Part shown: positions 31,101 through 46,100 of the stretch, in pieces | How positions within the stretch are numbered: position 1 is the stretch's first letter | How the letters are laid out: every line of letters starts with the position of its first letter | Assembly: GCA_964016885.1 (NCBI GenBank) | Contig: OZ024741.1 | Coordinates: forward strand, 405,046,001-405,110,000 | DNA length: 64,000 bases | Source: Eledone cirrhosa | Taxonomy: Eukaryota | Direction of reading: 5' to 3' | The notes under the pieces: generated by a model | What the model saw: only the letters and a program-made list of their open reading frames with translations | Databases searched by the model: none | What the model was told of the DNA's origin: nothing | Translations under genes and position numbers: made by a program

Positions 31101-34100
31101 ATAATTAATTTTTACAGATTTTCACAACTATTTTATAATTAATTGTGACAACCTTCACAACTATTTTATAATGAATTGTGACAACCTTCACAACTATTTT
31201 ATAATTAATTTTTACAGCTATTCACAACTATTTTATAATTAATAATTAATTGTGACAACCTTCACAACTATTTTATAATGAATTGTGACAACCGTCACAA
31301 CTATTTTATAATTAATTTTTACAGCTTTTCACAACTATTTTATAATTAATTGTGACAACCTTCACAACTATTTTATAATGAATTGTGACAACCTTCACAA
31401 CTATTTTATAATTGATTTTTACAGTTTTTCACAACTATTTTATAATTGATGGTGACAACCTTCACAACTATTTTATAATTAATTTTTAAAGATTTTCACA
31501 ACTATTTGATAATGAATTGTGACAACCTTCACAACTATTTTATAATTAATCGTGACAACCTTCACAACTATTTTATAATTAATTGTGACAACCTTCACAA
31601 CTATTTTATAATTAATTGTGACAAACTTCACAACTATTTTATAATTGATTTTTACAGTTTTTCACAACTATTTTATAATTGATTGTGACAACCTTCACAA
31701 CTATTTTATAATTAATTTTTAAAGATTTTCACAACTATTTGATAATGAATTGTGACAACCTTCACAACTATTTTATAATTAATCGTGACAACCTTCACAA
31801 CTATTTTATAATTAATTGTGACAACCTTCACAACTATTTTATAATTAATTGTGACAACCTTCAAAACTATTTGATAATTAATTGTGACAACCTTCATAAC
31901 TATTTTATAATTAATTTTTAGTGCTTTTCACAACTATTTTATAAATAATTGTGACAACATTCACAACTATTTTATAATTAATTTTTACAGCTTTTCACAA
32001 CTATTTTATAATGAATTGTGACAACCTTCACAACTATTTTATAATTAATTTTTACAGCTTTTCACAACTATTTTATAATTAATTGTGACAACCTTCACAA
32101 CTATTTTATAATTAATTTTTTCAGCTTTTCACAACTATTTTATAATGAACTGTGACAACCTTCACAACTATTTTATAATGAATTGTGACAACCTTCACAA
32201 TTATTTTATAATTAATTTTTACAGATTTTCACAACTATTTTATAATTAATTGTGACAACCTTCACAACTATTTTATAATGAATTGTGACAACCTTCACAA
32301 CTATTTTACAATTAATTGTGACAACCTTCGCAACAATTTTATAATGAATTGTGACAACCTTCACAACTATTTTATAATTAATTGTGACAACCTTCACAAC
32401 TATTTTATAATTGATTTTTACAGCTTTTCACAACTATTTTATAATTAATTGTGACAACCTTCACAACTATTTTATAATTAATTGTGACAACCTTCACAAC
32501 TATTTTATAATTAATTTTTACAGCTTTTCACAACTATTTTATAATGAATTGTGACAACATTCACAACTATTTTATAATGAATTGTGACAATCTTCACAAC
32601 TATTTTATAATTAATTGTGACAACCTTCACAACTATTTTACAATTAATTGTGACAACCTTCACAACTATTTTATAATGTATTGTGACAACCTTCACAACT
32701 ATTTTATAATTAATTGTGACAACCTTCACAACTATTTTATAATGAATTGTGACAACCTTCACAACTATTTTATAATGAATTGTGACAACATTCATAACTA
32801 TTTTATAGTTAATTTTTTCAGCTTTTCACAACTATTTTATAATGAATTGTGACAACCTTCACAACTTTTTAATAATGAATTGTGACAACCTTCACAACTA
32901 TTTTATAATTAATTGTGACAACCTTCACAACTACTTTATAAATAATTTTTACAGCTTTTCACAACTATTTTATTATTAATTGTGACAACCTTCACAACTA
33001 TTTTATAATTAATTGTGACAACCTTCACAACTATTTTATAATTAATTTTTAAAGATTTTCACAACTATTTTATAATTAATTGTGACAACCTTCACAACTA
33101 TTTTATAATTAATTTTTACAGCTTTTCACAACTATTTTATAATTAATTGTGACAACCTTCACAACTATTTTATAATTAATTTTTACAGCATTTCACAACT
33201 ATTTTATAATGAATTGTGACAACCTTCACAACTATTTTATAATTAATTTTTACAGCATTTCACAACTATTTTATAATTAATTGTGACAACCTTCACAACT
33301 ATTTTATAATTAATTTTTTCAGCTTTTCACAACTATTTCATAATGAACTGTGACAACCTTCACAACTATTTTATAATGAATTGTGACAACCTTCACAACT
33401 ATTTTATAATGAATTGTGACAACCTTCACAACTATATAATAATTAATTTTTACAGCTTTTCACAACTATTTTATAATTAATTGTGACAACCTTCACAACT
33501 ATTTTATAATGAATTGTGACAACATTCACAACTATTTTATAATTAATTTTTTCAGATTTTCACAACTATTTTATAATGAATTGTGACAACCTTCACAACT
33601 ATTTTATAATGAATTGTGACAACCTTCACAACTATTTTATAATGAATTGTGACAACATTCACAACTATTTTATAATTAATTGTGACAACCTTCACAACTA
33701 CTTTATAATTAATTTTTACAGCTTTTCACAACTATTTTATAATTAATTGTGACAACCTTCACAACTATTTTATAATTAATTGTGACAACCTTCACAACTA
33801 TTTTATAATTAATTTTTAAAGATTTTCAAAACTATTTTATAATTAATTGTGACAACCTTCACAACTATTTTATAATTAATTGTGACAACCTTCACAACTA
33901 TGTTATAATTAATTTTTACAGCTTTTCACAACTATTTTATAATTAATTGTGACAACCTTCACAACTATTTTATAATTAATTTTTACAGCATTTCACAACT
34001 ATTTTATAATGAATTGTGACAATCTTCACAACTATTTTATAATTAATTTTTACAGCTTTTCACAACTATTTTATAATTAATTGTGACAACCTTCAAAACT

Positions 34101-37100
34101 ATTTTATAATTAATTGTGACAACCTTCATAACTATTTTATAATTAATTTTTACTGCTTTTCACAACTATTTTATAAATAATTGTGACAACATTCACAACT
34201 ATTTTATAATTAATTTTTACAGCTTTTCACAACTATTTTATAATGAATTGTGACAACCTTCACAACTATTTTATAATTAATTTTTACAGCTTTTCACAAC
34301 TATTTTATAATTAATTGTGACAACCTTCACAACTATTTTATAATTAATTTTTTCAGCTTTTCACAACTATTTTATAATGAACTGTGACAACCTTCACAAC
34401 TATTTTATAATGAATTGTGACAACCTTCACAATTATTTTATAATTAATTTTTACAGATTTTCACAACTATTTTATAATTAATTGTGACAACCTTCACAAC
34501 TATTTTATAATGAATTGTGACAACCTTCACAACTATTTTACAATTAATTGTGACAACCTTCGCAACAATTTTATAATGAATTGTGACAACCTTCACAACT
34601 ATTTTATAATGAATTGTGACAACCTTCACAACTATTTTATAATTAATTGTGACAACATTCACAACTATTTTATAATGAATTGTGACAACCTTCACAACTA
34701 TTTTATAATGAATTGTGACCACCTTCACAACTATTTTATTATTAATTGTGACAACCTTCAAAACTATTTTATAATGAATTGTGACAACATTCACAACTAT
34801 TTTATAATGAATTGTGACAACCTTCACAACTATTTTATAATTAATTGTGACAACATTCACAACTATTTTATAATGAATTGTGACAACCTTCACAACTATT
34901 TTATAATGACTTGTGACAACCTTCACAACTATTTTATAATTAATTGTGACAACCTTCACAACTATTTTATAATGAATCTTGACAACCTTCACAACTATTT
35001 TATAATGAATTGTGACACCCTTCACAACTATTTTATAATTAATTGTGACAACCTTCACAACTATTTTATAATTAATTGTGACAACCTTCACAACTATTTT
35101 ATAATTAATTTTTACAGCTTTTCACAACTATTTTATAATGAATTGTGACAACATTCACAACTATTTTATAATGAATTGTGACAATCTTCACAACTATTTT
35201 ATAATTAATTGTGACAACCTTCACAACTATTTTACAATTAATTGTGACAACCTTCACAACTATTTTATAATGAATTGTGACAACCTTCACAACTATTTTA
35301 TAATTAATTGTGACAAACCTTCACAACTATTTTATAATGAATTGTGACAACCTTCACAACTATTTTATAATTAATTGTGACAACCTTCACAACTATTTTA
35401 TAATGAATTGTGACAACCTTCACAACTATTTTATAATGAATTGTGACAACATTCACAACTATTTTATAGTTAATTTTTTCAGCTTTTCACAACTATTTTA
35501 TAATGAATTGTGACAACCTTCACAACTTTTTAATAATGAATTGTGACAACCTTCACAACTATTTTATAATTAATTGTGACAACCTTCACAACTACTTTAT
35601 AAATAATTTTTACAGCTTTTCACAACTATTTTATAATTAATTGTGACAACCTTCACAACTATTTTATAATTAATTGTGACAACCTTCACAATTGTTTTAT
35701 AATTAATTTTTAAAGATTTTCACAACTATTTTATAATTAATTGTGACAACCTTCACAACTATTTTATAATTAATTTTTACAGCTTTTCACAACTATTTTA
35801 TAATTAATTGTGACAACCTTCACAACTATTTTATAATTAATTTTTACAGCATTTCACAACTATTTTATAATGAATTGTGACAACCTTCACAACTATTTTA
35901 TAATTAATTTTTACAGCATTTCACAACTATTTTATAATTAATTGTGACAACCTTCACAACTATTTTATAATTAAATTTTTCAGCTTTTCACAACTATTTT
36001 ATAATGAACTGTGACAACCTTCACAACTATTTTATAATGAATTGTGACAACCTTCACAACTATTTTATAATGAATTGTGACAACCTTCACAACTATTTTA
36101 TAATTAATTTTTACAGCTTTTCACAACTATTTTATAATTAATTGTGACAACCTTCACAACTATTTTATAATGAATTGTGACAACCTTCACAACTATTTTA
36201 TAATGAATTGTGACAACCTTCACAACTATTTTATAATGAATTGTGACAACATTCACAACTATTTTATAATTAATTTTTTCAGATTTTCACAACTATTTTA
36301 TAATGAATTGTGACAACCTTCACAACTATTTTATAATGAATTGTGACAACCTTCACAACTATTTTATAATGAATTGTGACAACATTCACAACTATTTTAT
36401 AATTAATTGTGACAACCTTCACAACTACTTTATAATTAATTTTTACAGCTTTTCACAACTATTTTATAATTAATTGTGACAACCTTCACAACTATTTTAT
36501 AATTAATTGTGACAACCTTCACAACTATTTTATAATTAATTGTGACAACCTTCACAACTATTTTATAATTAATTTTTAAAGATTTTCAAAACTATTTTAT
36601 AATTAATTGTGACAACCTTCACAACTATTTTATAATTAATTGTGACAACCTTCACAACTATGTTATAATTAATTTTTACAGCTTTTCACAACTATTTTAT
36701 AATTAATTGTGACAACCTTCACAACTATTTTATAATTAATTTTTACAGCATTTCACAACTATTTTATAATGAATTGTGACAACCTTCACAACTATTTTAT
36801 AATTAATTTTTACAGCTTTTCACAACTATTTTATAATTAATTGTGACAACCTTCAAAACTATTTTATAATTAATTGTGACAACCTTCATAACTATTTTAT
36901 AATTAATTTTTACTGCTTTTCACAACTATTTTATAAATAATTGTGACAACATTCACAACTATTTTATAATTAATTTTTACAGCTTTTCACAACTATTTTA
37001 TAATGAATTGTGACAACCTTCACAACTATTTTATAATTAATTTTTTCAGCTTTTCACAACTATTTTATAATGAACTGTGACAACCTTCACAACTATTTTA

Positions 37101-40100
37101 TAATGAATTGTGACAACCTTCACAATTATTTTATAATTAATTTTTACAGATTTTCACAACTATTTTATAATTAATTGTGACAACCTTCACAACTATTTTA
37201 TAATGAATTGTGACAACCTTCACAACTATTTTACAATTAATTGTGACAACCTTCGCAACAATTTTATAATGAATTGTGACAACCTTTACAACTATTTTAT
37301 AATTAATTGTGACAACCTTCACAACTATTTTATAATGAATTGTGACAACATTCACAACTATTTTATAGTTAATTTTTTCAGCTTTTCACAACTATTTTAT
37401 AATGAATTGTGACAACCTTCACAACTTTTTAATAATGAATTGTGACAACATTCACAACTATTTTATAATTAATTGTGACAACCTTCACAACTACTTTATA
37501 AATAATTTTTACAGCTTTTCACAACTATTTTATAATGAATTGTGACAACATTCACAACTATTTTATAATGAATTGTGACAACCTTCACAACTATTTTATA
37601 ATTAATTGTGACAACATTCACAACTATTTTATAATGAATTGTGACAACCTTCACAACTATTTTATAATGACTTGTGACAACCTTCACAACTATTTTATAA
37701 TTAATTGTGACAACCTTCACAACTATTTTATATTAATCTTGACAACCTTCACAACTATTTTATAATGAATTGTGACACCCTTCACAACTATTTTATAATT
37801 AATTGTGACAACCTTCACAACTATTTTATAATGAATTGTGACAACATTCACAACTATTTTATAATTAATTGTGACAACCTTCACAACTATTTTATAATTA
37901 ATTTTTACAGCTTTTCACAACTATTTTATAATGAATTGTGACAACATTCACAACTATTTTATAATGAATTGTGACAATCTTCACAACTATTTTATAATTA
38001 ATTGTGACAACCTTCACAACTATTTTACAATTAATTGTGACAACCTTCACAACTATTTTATAATGAATTGTGACAACCTTCACAACTATTTTATAATTAA
38101 TTGTGACAAACCTTCACAACTATTTTATAATGAATTGTGACAACCTTCACAACTATTTTATAATTAATTGTGACAACCTTCACAACTATTTTATAATGAA
38201 TTGTGACAACCTTCACAACTATTTTATAATGAATTGTGACAACATTCACAACTATTTTATAGTTAATTTTTTCAGCTTTTCACAACTATTTTATAATGAA
38301 TTGTGACAACCTTCACAACTTTTTAATAATGAATTGTGACAACCTTCACAACTATTTTATAATTAATTGTGACAACCTTCACAACTACTTTATAAATAAT
38401 TTTTACAGCTTTTCACAACTATTTTATAATTAATTGTGACAACCTTCACAACTATTTTATAATTAATTGTGACAACCTTCACAACTATTTTATAATTAAT
38501 TTTTACAGCTTTTCACAACTATTTTATAATGAATTGTGACAACCTTCACAACTATTTTATAATGACTTGTGACAACCTTCACAACTATTTTATAATTAAT
38601 TGTGACAACCTTCACAACTATTTTATAATTAATTTTTACAGCTTTTCACAACTATTTTATAATGAATTGTGACAACCTTCACAACTATTTTATAATGACT
38701 TGTGACAACCTTCACAACTATTTTATAATTAATTGTGACAACCTTCACAACTATTTTATAATGAATCTTGACAACCTTCACAACTATTTTATAATGAATT
38801 GTGACACCCTTCACAACTATTTTATAATTAATTGTGACAACCTTCACAACTATTTTATAATGAATTGTGACAACATTCACAACTATTTTATAATTAATTG
38901 TGACAACCTTCACAACTATTTTATAATTAATTTTTACAGCTTTTCACAACTATTTTATAATGAATTGTGACAACATTCACAACTATTTTATAATGAATTG
39001 TGACAATCTTCACAACTATTTTATAATTAATTGTGACAACCTTCACAACTATTTTACAATTAATTGTGACAACCTTCACAACAATTTTATAATGAATTGT
39101 GACAACCTTCACAACTATTTTATAATTAATTGTGACAAACCTTCACAACTATTTTATAATGAATTGTGACAACCTTCACAACTATTTTATAATTAATTGT
39201 GACAACCTTCACAACTATTTTATAATGAATTGTGACAACCTTCACAACTATTTTATAATGAATTGTGACAACATTCACAACTATTTTATAGTTAATTTTT
39301 TCAGCTTTTCACAACTATTTTATAATGAATTGTGACAACCTTCACAACTTTTTAATAATGAATTGTGACAACCTTCACAACTATTTTATAATTAATTGTG
39401 ACAACCTTCACAACTACTTTATAAATAATTTTTACAGCTTTTCACAACTATTTTATAATTAATTGTGACAACCTTCACAACTATTTTATAATTAATTGTG
39501 ACAACCTTCACAATTATTTTATAATTAATTTTTAAAGATTTTCACAACTATTTTATAATTAATTGTGACAACCTTCACAACTATTTTATAATTAATTGTG
39601 ACAACCTTCACAACTATTTTATAATTAATTTTTACAGCTTTTCACAACTATTTTATAATTAATTGTGACAACCTTCACAACTATTTTATAATTAATTTTT
39701 ACAGCATTTCACAACTATTTTATAATGAATTGTGACAACCTTCACAACTATTTTATAATTAATTTTTACAGCATTTCACAACTATTTTATAATTAATTGT
39801 GACAACCTTCACAACTATTTTATAATTAAATTTTTCAGCTTTTCACAACTATTTTATAATGAACTGTGACAACCTTCACAACTATTTTATAATGAATTGT
39901 GACAACCTTCACAACTATTTTATAATGAATTGTGACAACCTTCACAACTATTTTATAATTAATTTTTACAGCTTTTCACAACTATTTTATAATTAATTGT
40001 GACAACCTTCACAACTATTTTATAATGAATTGTGACAACCTTCACAACTATTTTATAATGAATTGTGACAACCTTCACAACTATTTTATAATGAATTGTG

Positions 40101-43100
40101 ACAACATTCACAACTATTTTATAATTAATTTTTTCAGATTTTCACAACTATTTTATAATGAATTGTGACAACCTTCACAACTATTTTATAATGAATTGTG
40201 ACAACCTTCACAACTATTTTATAATGAATTGTGACAACATTCACAACTATTTTATAATTAATTGTGACAACCTTCACAACTACTTTATAATTAATTTTTA
40301 CAGCTTTTCACAACTATTTTATAATTAATTGTGACAACCTTCACAACTATTTTATAATTAATTGTGACAACCTTCACAACTATTTTATAATTAATTGTGA
40401 CAACCTTCACAACTATTTTATAATTAATTTTTAAAGATTTTCAAAACTATTTTATAATGAATTGTGACAACCTTCACAACTATTTTATAATTAATTGTGA
40501 CAACCTTCACAACTATGTTATAATTAATTTTTACAGCTTTTCACAACTATTTTATAATTAATTGTGACAACCTTCACAACTATTTTATAATTAATTTTTA
40601 CAGCATTTCACAACTATTTTATAATGAATTGTGACAACCTTCACAACTATTTTATAATTAATTTTTACAGCTTTTCACAACTATTTTATAATTAATTGTG
40701 ACAACCTTCAAAACTATTTTATAATTAATTGAGACAACCTTCATAACTATTTTATAATTAATTTTTACTGCTTTTCACAACTATTTTATAAATAATTGTG
40801 ACAACATTCACAACTATTTTATAATTAATTTTTACAGCTTTTCACAACTATTTTATAATGAATTGTGACAACCTTCACAACTATTTTATAATTAATTTTT
40901 TCAGCTTTTCACAACTATTTTATAATGAACTGTGACAACCTTCACAACTATTTTATAATGAATTGTGACAACCTTCACAATTATTTTATAATTAATTTTT
41001 ACGGATTTTCACAACTATTTTATAATTAATTGTGACAACCTTCACAACTATTTTATAATGAATTGTGACAACCTTCACAACTATTTTACAATTAATTGTG
41101 ACAACCTTCGCAACAATTTTATAATGAATTGTGACAACCTTTACAACTATTTTATAATTAATTGTGACAACCTTCACAACTATTTTATAATGAATTGTGA
41201 CAACCTTCACAACTATTTTATAATGAATTGTGACAACCTTCACAACTATTTTATAATTAATTGTGACAACATTCACAACTATTTTATAATGAATTGTGAC
41301 AACCTTCACAAATATTTTATAATGAATTGTGACAACCTTCACAACTATTTTATAATTAATTGTGACAACCTTCACAACTATTTTATAATGAATCGTGACA
41401 ACCTTCACAACTATTTTATAATGAATTGTGACACCCTTCACAACTATTTTATAATTAATTGTGACAACCTTCACAAATATTTTATAATGAATTGTGACAA
41501 CATTCACAACTATTTTATAATTAATTGTGACAACCTTCACAACTATTTTATAATTAATTTTTACAGCTTTTCACAACTATTTTATAATGAATTGTGACAA
41601 CATTCACAACTATTTTATAATGAATTGTGACAATCTTCACAACTATTTTATAATTAATTGTGACAACCTTCACAACTATTTTACAATTAATTGTGACAAC
41701 CTTCACAACTATTTTATAATGAATTGTGACAACCTTCACAACTATTTTATAATTAATTGTGACAAACCTTCACAACTATTTTATAATGAATTGTGACAAC
41801 CTTCAAAACTATTTTATAATGAATTGTGACAACATTCACAACTATTTTATAGTTAATTTTTTCAGCTTTTCACAACTATTTTATAATGAATTGTGACAAC
41901 CTTCACAACTTTTTAATAATGAATTGTGACAACCTTCACAACTATTTTATAATTAATTGTGACAACCTTCACAACTACTTTATAAATAATTTTTACAGCT
42001 TTTCACAACTATTTTATAATGAATTGTGACAACATTCACAACTATTTTATAATGAATTGTGACAACCTTCACAACTATTTTATAATTAATTGTGACAACA
42101 TTCACAACTATTTTATAATGAATTGTGACAACCTTCACAACTATTTTATAATGACTTGTGACAACCTTCACAACTATTTTATAATTAATTGTGACAACCT
42201 TCACCACTATTTTATAATGAATCTTGACAACCTTCACAACTATTTTATAATGAATTGTGACACCCTTCACAACTATTTTATAATTAATTGTGACAACCTT
42301 CACAACTATTTTATAATGAATTGTGACAACATTCACAACTATTTTATAATTAATTGTGACAACCTTCACAACTATTTTATAATTAATTTTTACAGCTTTT
42401 CACAACTATTTTATAATGAATTGTGACAACATTCACAACTATTTTATAATGAATTGTGACAATCTTCACAACTATTTTATAATTAATTGTGACAACCTTC
42501 ACAACTATTTTACAATTAATTGTGACAACCTTCACAACTATTTTATAATGAATTGTGACAACCTTCACAACTATTTTATAATTAATTGTGACAAACCTTC
42601 ACAACTATTTTATAATGAATTGTGACAACCTTCACAACTATTTTATAATTAATTGTGACAACCTTCACAACTATTTTATAATGAATTGTGACAACCTTCA
42701 CAACTATTTTATAATGAATTGTGACAACATTCACAACTATTTTATAGTTAATTTTTTCAGCTTTTCACAACTATTTTATAATGAATTGTGACAACCTTCA
42801 CAACTTTTTAATAATGAATTGTGACAACCTTCACAACTATTTTATAATTAATTGTGACAACCTTCACAACTACTTTATAAATAATTTTTACAGCTTTTCA
42901 CAACTATTTTATAATTAATTGTGACAACCTTCACAACTATTTTATAATTAATTGTGACAACCTTCACAATTATTTTATAATTAATTTTTAAAGATTTTCA
43001 CAACTATTTTATAATGAAATGTGACAACATTCACAACTATTTTATAATGAATTGTGACAATCTTCACAACTATTTTATAATTAATTGTGACAACCTTCAC

Positions 43101-46100
43101 AACTATTTTACAATTAATTGTGACAACCTTCACAACTATTTTATAATGAATTGTGACAACCTTCAAAACTATTTTATAATGAATTGTGACAACATTCACA
43201 ACTATTTTATAGTTAATTTTTTCAGCTTTTCACAACTATTTTATAATGAATTGTGACAACCTTCACAACTTTTTAATAATGAATTGTGACAACCTTCACA
43301 ACTATTTTATAATTAATTGTGACAACCTTCACAACTACTTTATAAATAATTTTTACAGCTTTTCACAACTATTTTATAATGAATTGTGACAACATTCACA
43401 ACTATTTTATAATGAATTGTGACAACCTTCACAACTATTTTATAATTAATTGTGACAACATTCACAACTATTTTATAATGAATTGTGACAACCTTCACAA
43501 CTATTTTATAATGACTTGTGACAACCTTCACAACTATTTTATAATTAATTGTGACAACCTTCACAACTATTTTATAATGAATCTTGACAACCTTCACAAC
43601 TATTTTATAATGAATTGTGACACCCTTCACAACTATTTTATAATTAATTGTGACAACCTTCACAACTATTTTATAATGAATTGTGACAACATTCACAACT
43701 ATTTTATAATTAATTGTGACAACCTTCACAACTATTTTATAATTAATTTTTACAGCTTTTCACAACTATTTTATAATGAATTGTGACAACATTCACAACT
43801 ATTTTATAATGAATTGTGACAATCTTCACAACTATTTTATAATTAATTGTGACAACCTTCACAACTATTTTACAATTAATTGTGACAACCTTCACAACTA
43901 TTTTATAATGAATTGTGACAACCTTCACAACTATTTTATAATTAATTGTGACAAACCTTCACAACTATTTTATAATGAATTGTGACAACCTTCACAACTA
44001 TTTTATAATTAATTGTGACAACCTTCACAACTATTTTATAATGAATTGTGACAACCTTCACAACTATTTTATAATGAATTGTGACAACATTCACAACTAT
44101 TTTATAGTTAATTTTTTCAGCTTTTCACAACTATTTTATAATGAATTGTGACAACCTTCACAACTTTTTAATAATGAATTGTGACAACCTTCACAACTAT
44201 TTTATAATTAACTGTGACAACCTTCACAACTACTTTATAAATAATTTTTACAGCTTTTCACAACTATTTTATAATTAATTGTGACAACCTTCACAACTAT
44301 TTTATAATTAATTGTGACAACCTTCACAATTATTTTATAATTAATTTTTAAAGATTTTCACAACTATTTTATAATTAATTGTGACAACCTTCACAACTAT
44401 TTTATAATTAATTTTTACAGCTTTTCACAACTATTTTATAATTAATTGTGACAACCTTCACAACTATTTTATAATTAATTTTTACAGCATTTCACAACTA
44501 TTTTATAATGAATTGTGACAACCTTCACAACTATTTTATAATTAATTTTTACAGCATTTCACAACTATTTTATAATTAATTGTGACAACCTTCACAACTA
44601 TTTTATAATTAAATTTTTCAGCTTTTCACAACTATTTTATAATGAACTGTGACAACCTTCACAACTATTTTATAATGAATTGTGACAACCTTCACAACTA
44701 TTTTATAATGAATTGTGACAACCTTCACAACTATTTTATAATTAATTTTTACAGCTTTTCACAACTATTTTATAATTAATTGTGACAACCTTCACAACTA
44801 TTTTATAATTAATTGTGACAACCTTCACAACTATTTTATAATTAATTGTGACAACCTTCACAACTATTTTATAATTAATTTTTAAAGATTTTCAAAACTA
44901 TTTTATAATTAATTGTGACAACCTTCACAACTATTTTATAATTAATTGTGACAACCTTCACAACTATGTTATAATTAATTTTTACAGCTTTTCACAACTA
45001 TTTTATAATTAATTGTGACAACCTTCACAACTATTTTATAATTAATTTTTACAGCATTTCACAACTATTTTATAATGAATTGTGACAACCTTCACAACTA
45101 TTTTATAATTAATTTTTACAGCTTTTCACAACTATTTTATAATTAATTGTGACAACCTTCACAACTATTTTATAATTAATTGTGACAACCTTCATAACTA
45201 TTTTATAATTAATTGTGACAACCTTCATAACTATTTTATAATTAATTTTTACTGCTTTTCACAACTATTTTATAAATAATTGTGACAACATTCACAACTA
45301 TTTTATAATTAATTTTTACAGCTTTTCACAACTATTTTATAATGAATTGTGACAACCTTCACAACTATTTTATAATTAATTTTTTCAGCTTTTCACAACT
45401 ATTTTATAATGAACTGTGACAACCTTCACAACTATTTTATAATGAATTGTGACAACCTTCACAATTATTTTATAATTAATTTTTACAGATTTTCACAACT
45501 ATTTTATAATTAATTGTGACAACCTTCACAACTATTTTATAATGAATTGTGACAACCTTCACAACTATTTTACAATTAATTGTGACAACCTTCGCAACAA
45601 TTTTATAATGAATTGTGACAACCTTTACAACTATTGTATAATTAATTGTGACAACCTTCACAACTACTTTATAAATAATTTTTACAGCTTTTCACAACTA
45701 TTTTATAATGAATTGTGACAACATTCACAACTATTTTATAATGAATTGTGACAACCTTCACAACTATTTTATAATTAATTGTGACAACATTCACAACTAT
45801 TTTATAATGAATTGTGACAACCTTCACAACTATTTTATAATGACTTGTGACAACCTTCACAACTATTTTATAATTAATTGTGACAACCTTCACAACTATT
45901 TTATAATGAATCTTGACAACATTCACAACTATTTTATAATGAATTGTGACACCCTTCACAACTATTTTATAATTAATTGTGACAACCTTCACAACTATTT
46001 TATAATGAACTGTGACAATATTCACAACTATTTTATAATTAATTGTGACAACCTTCACAACTATTTTATAATTAATTTTTACAGCTTTTCACAACTATTT

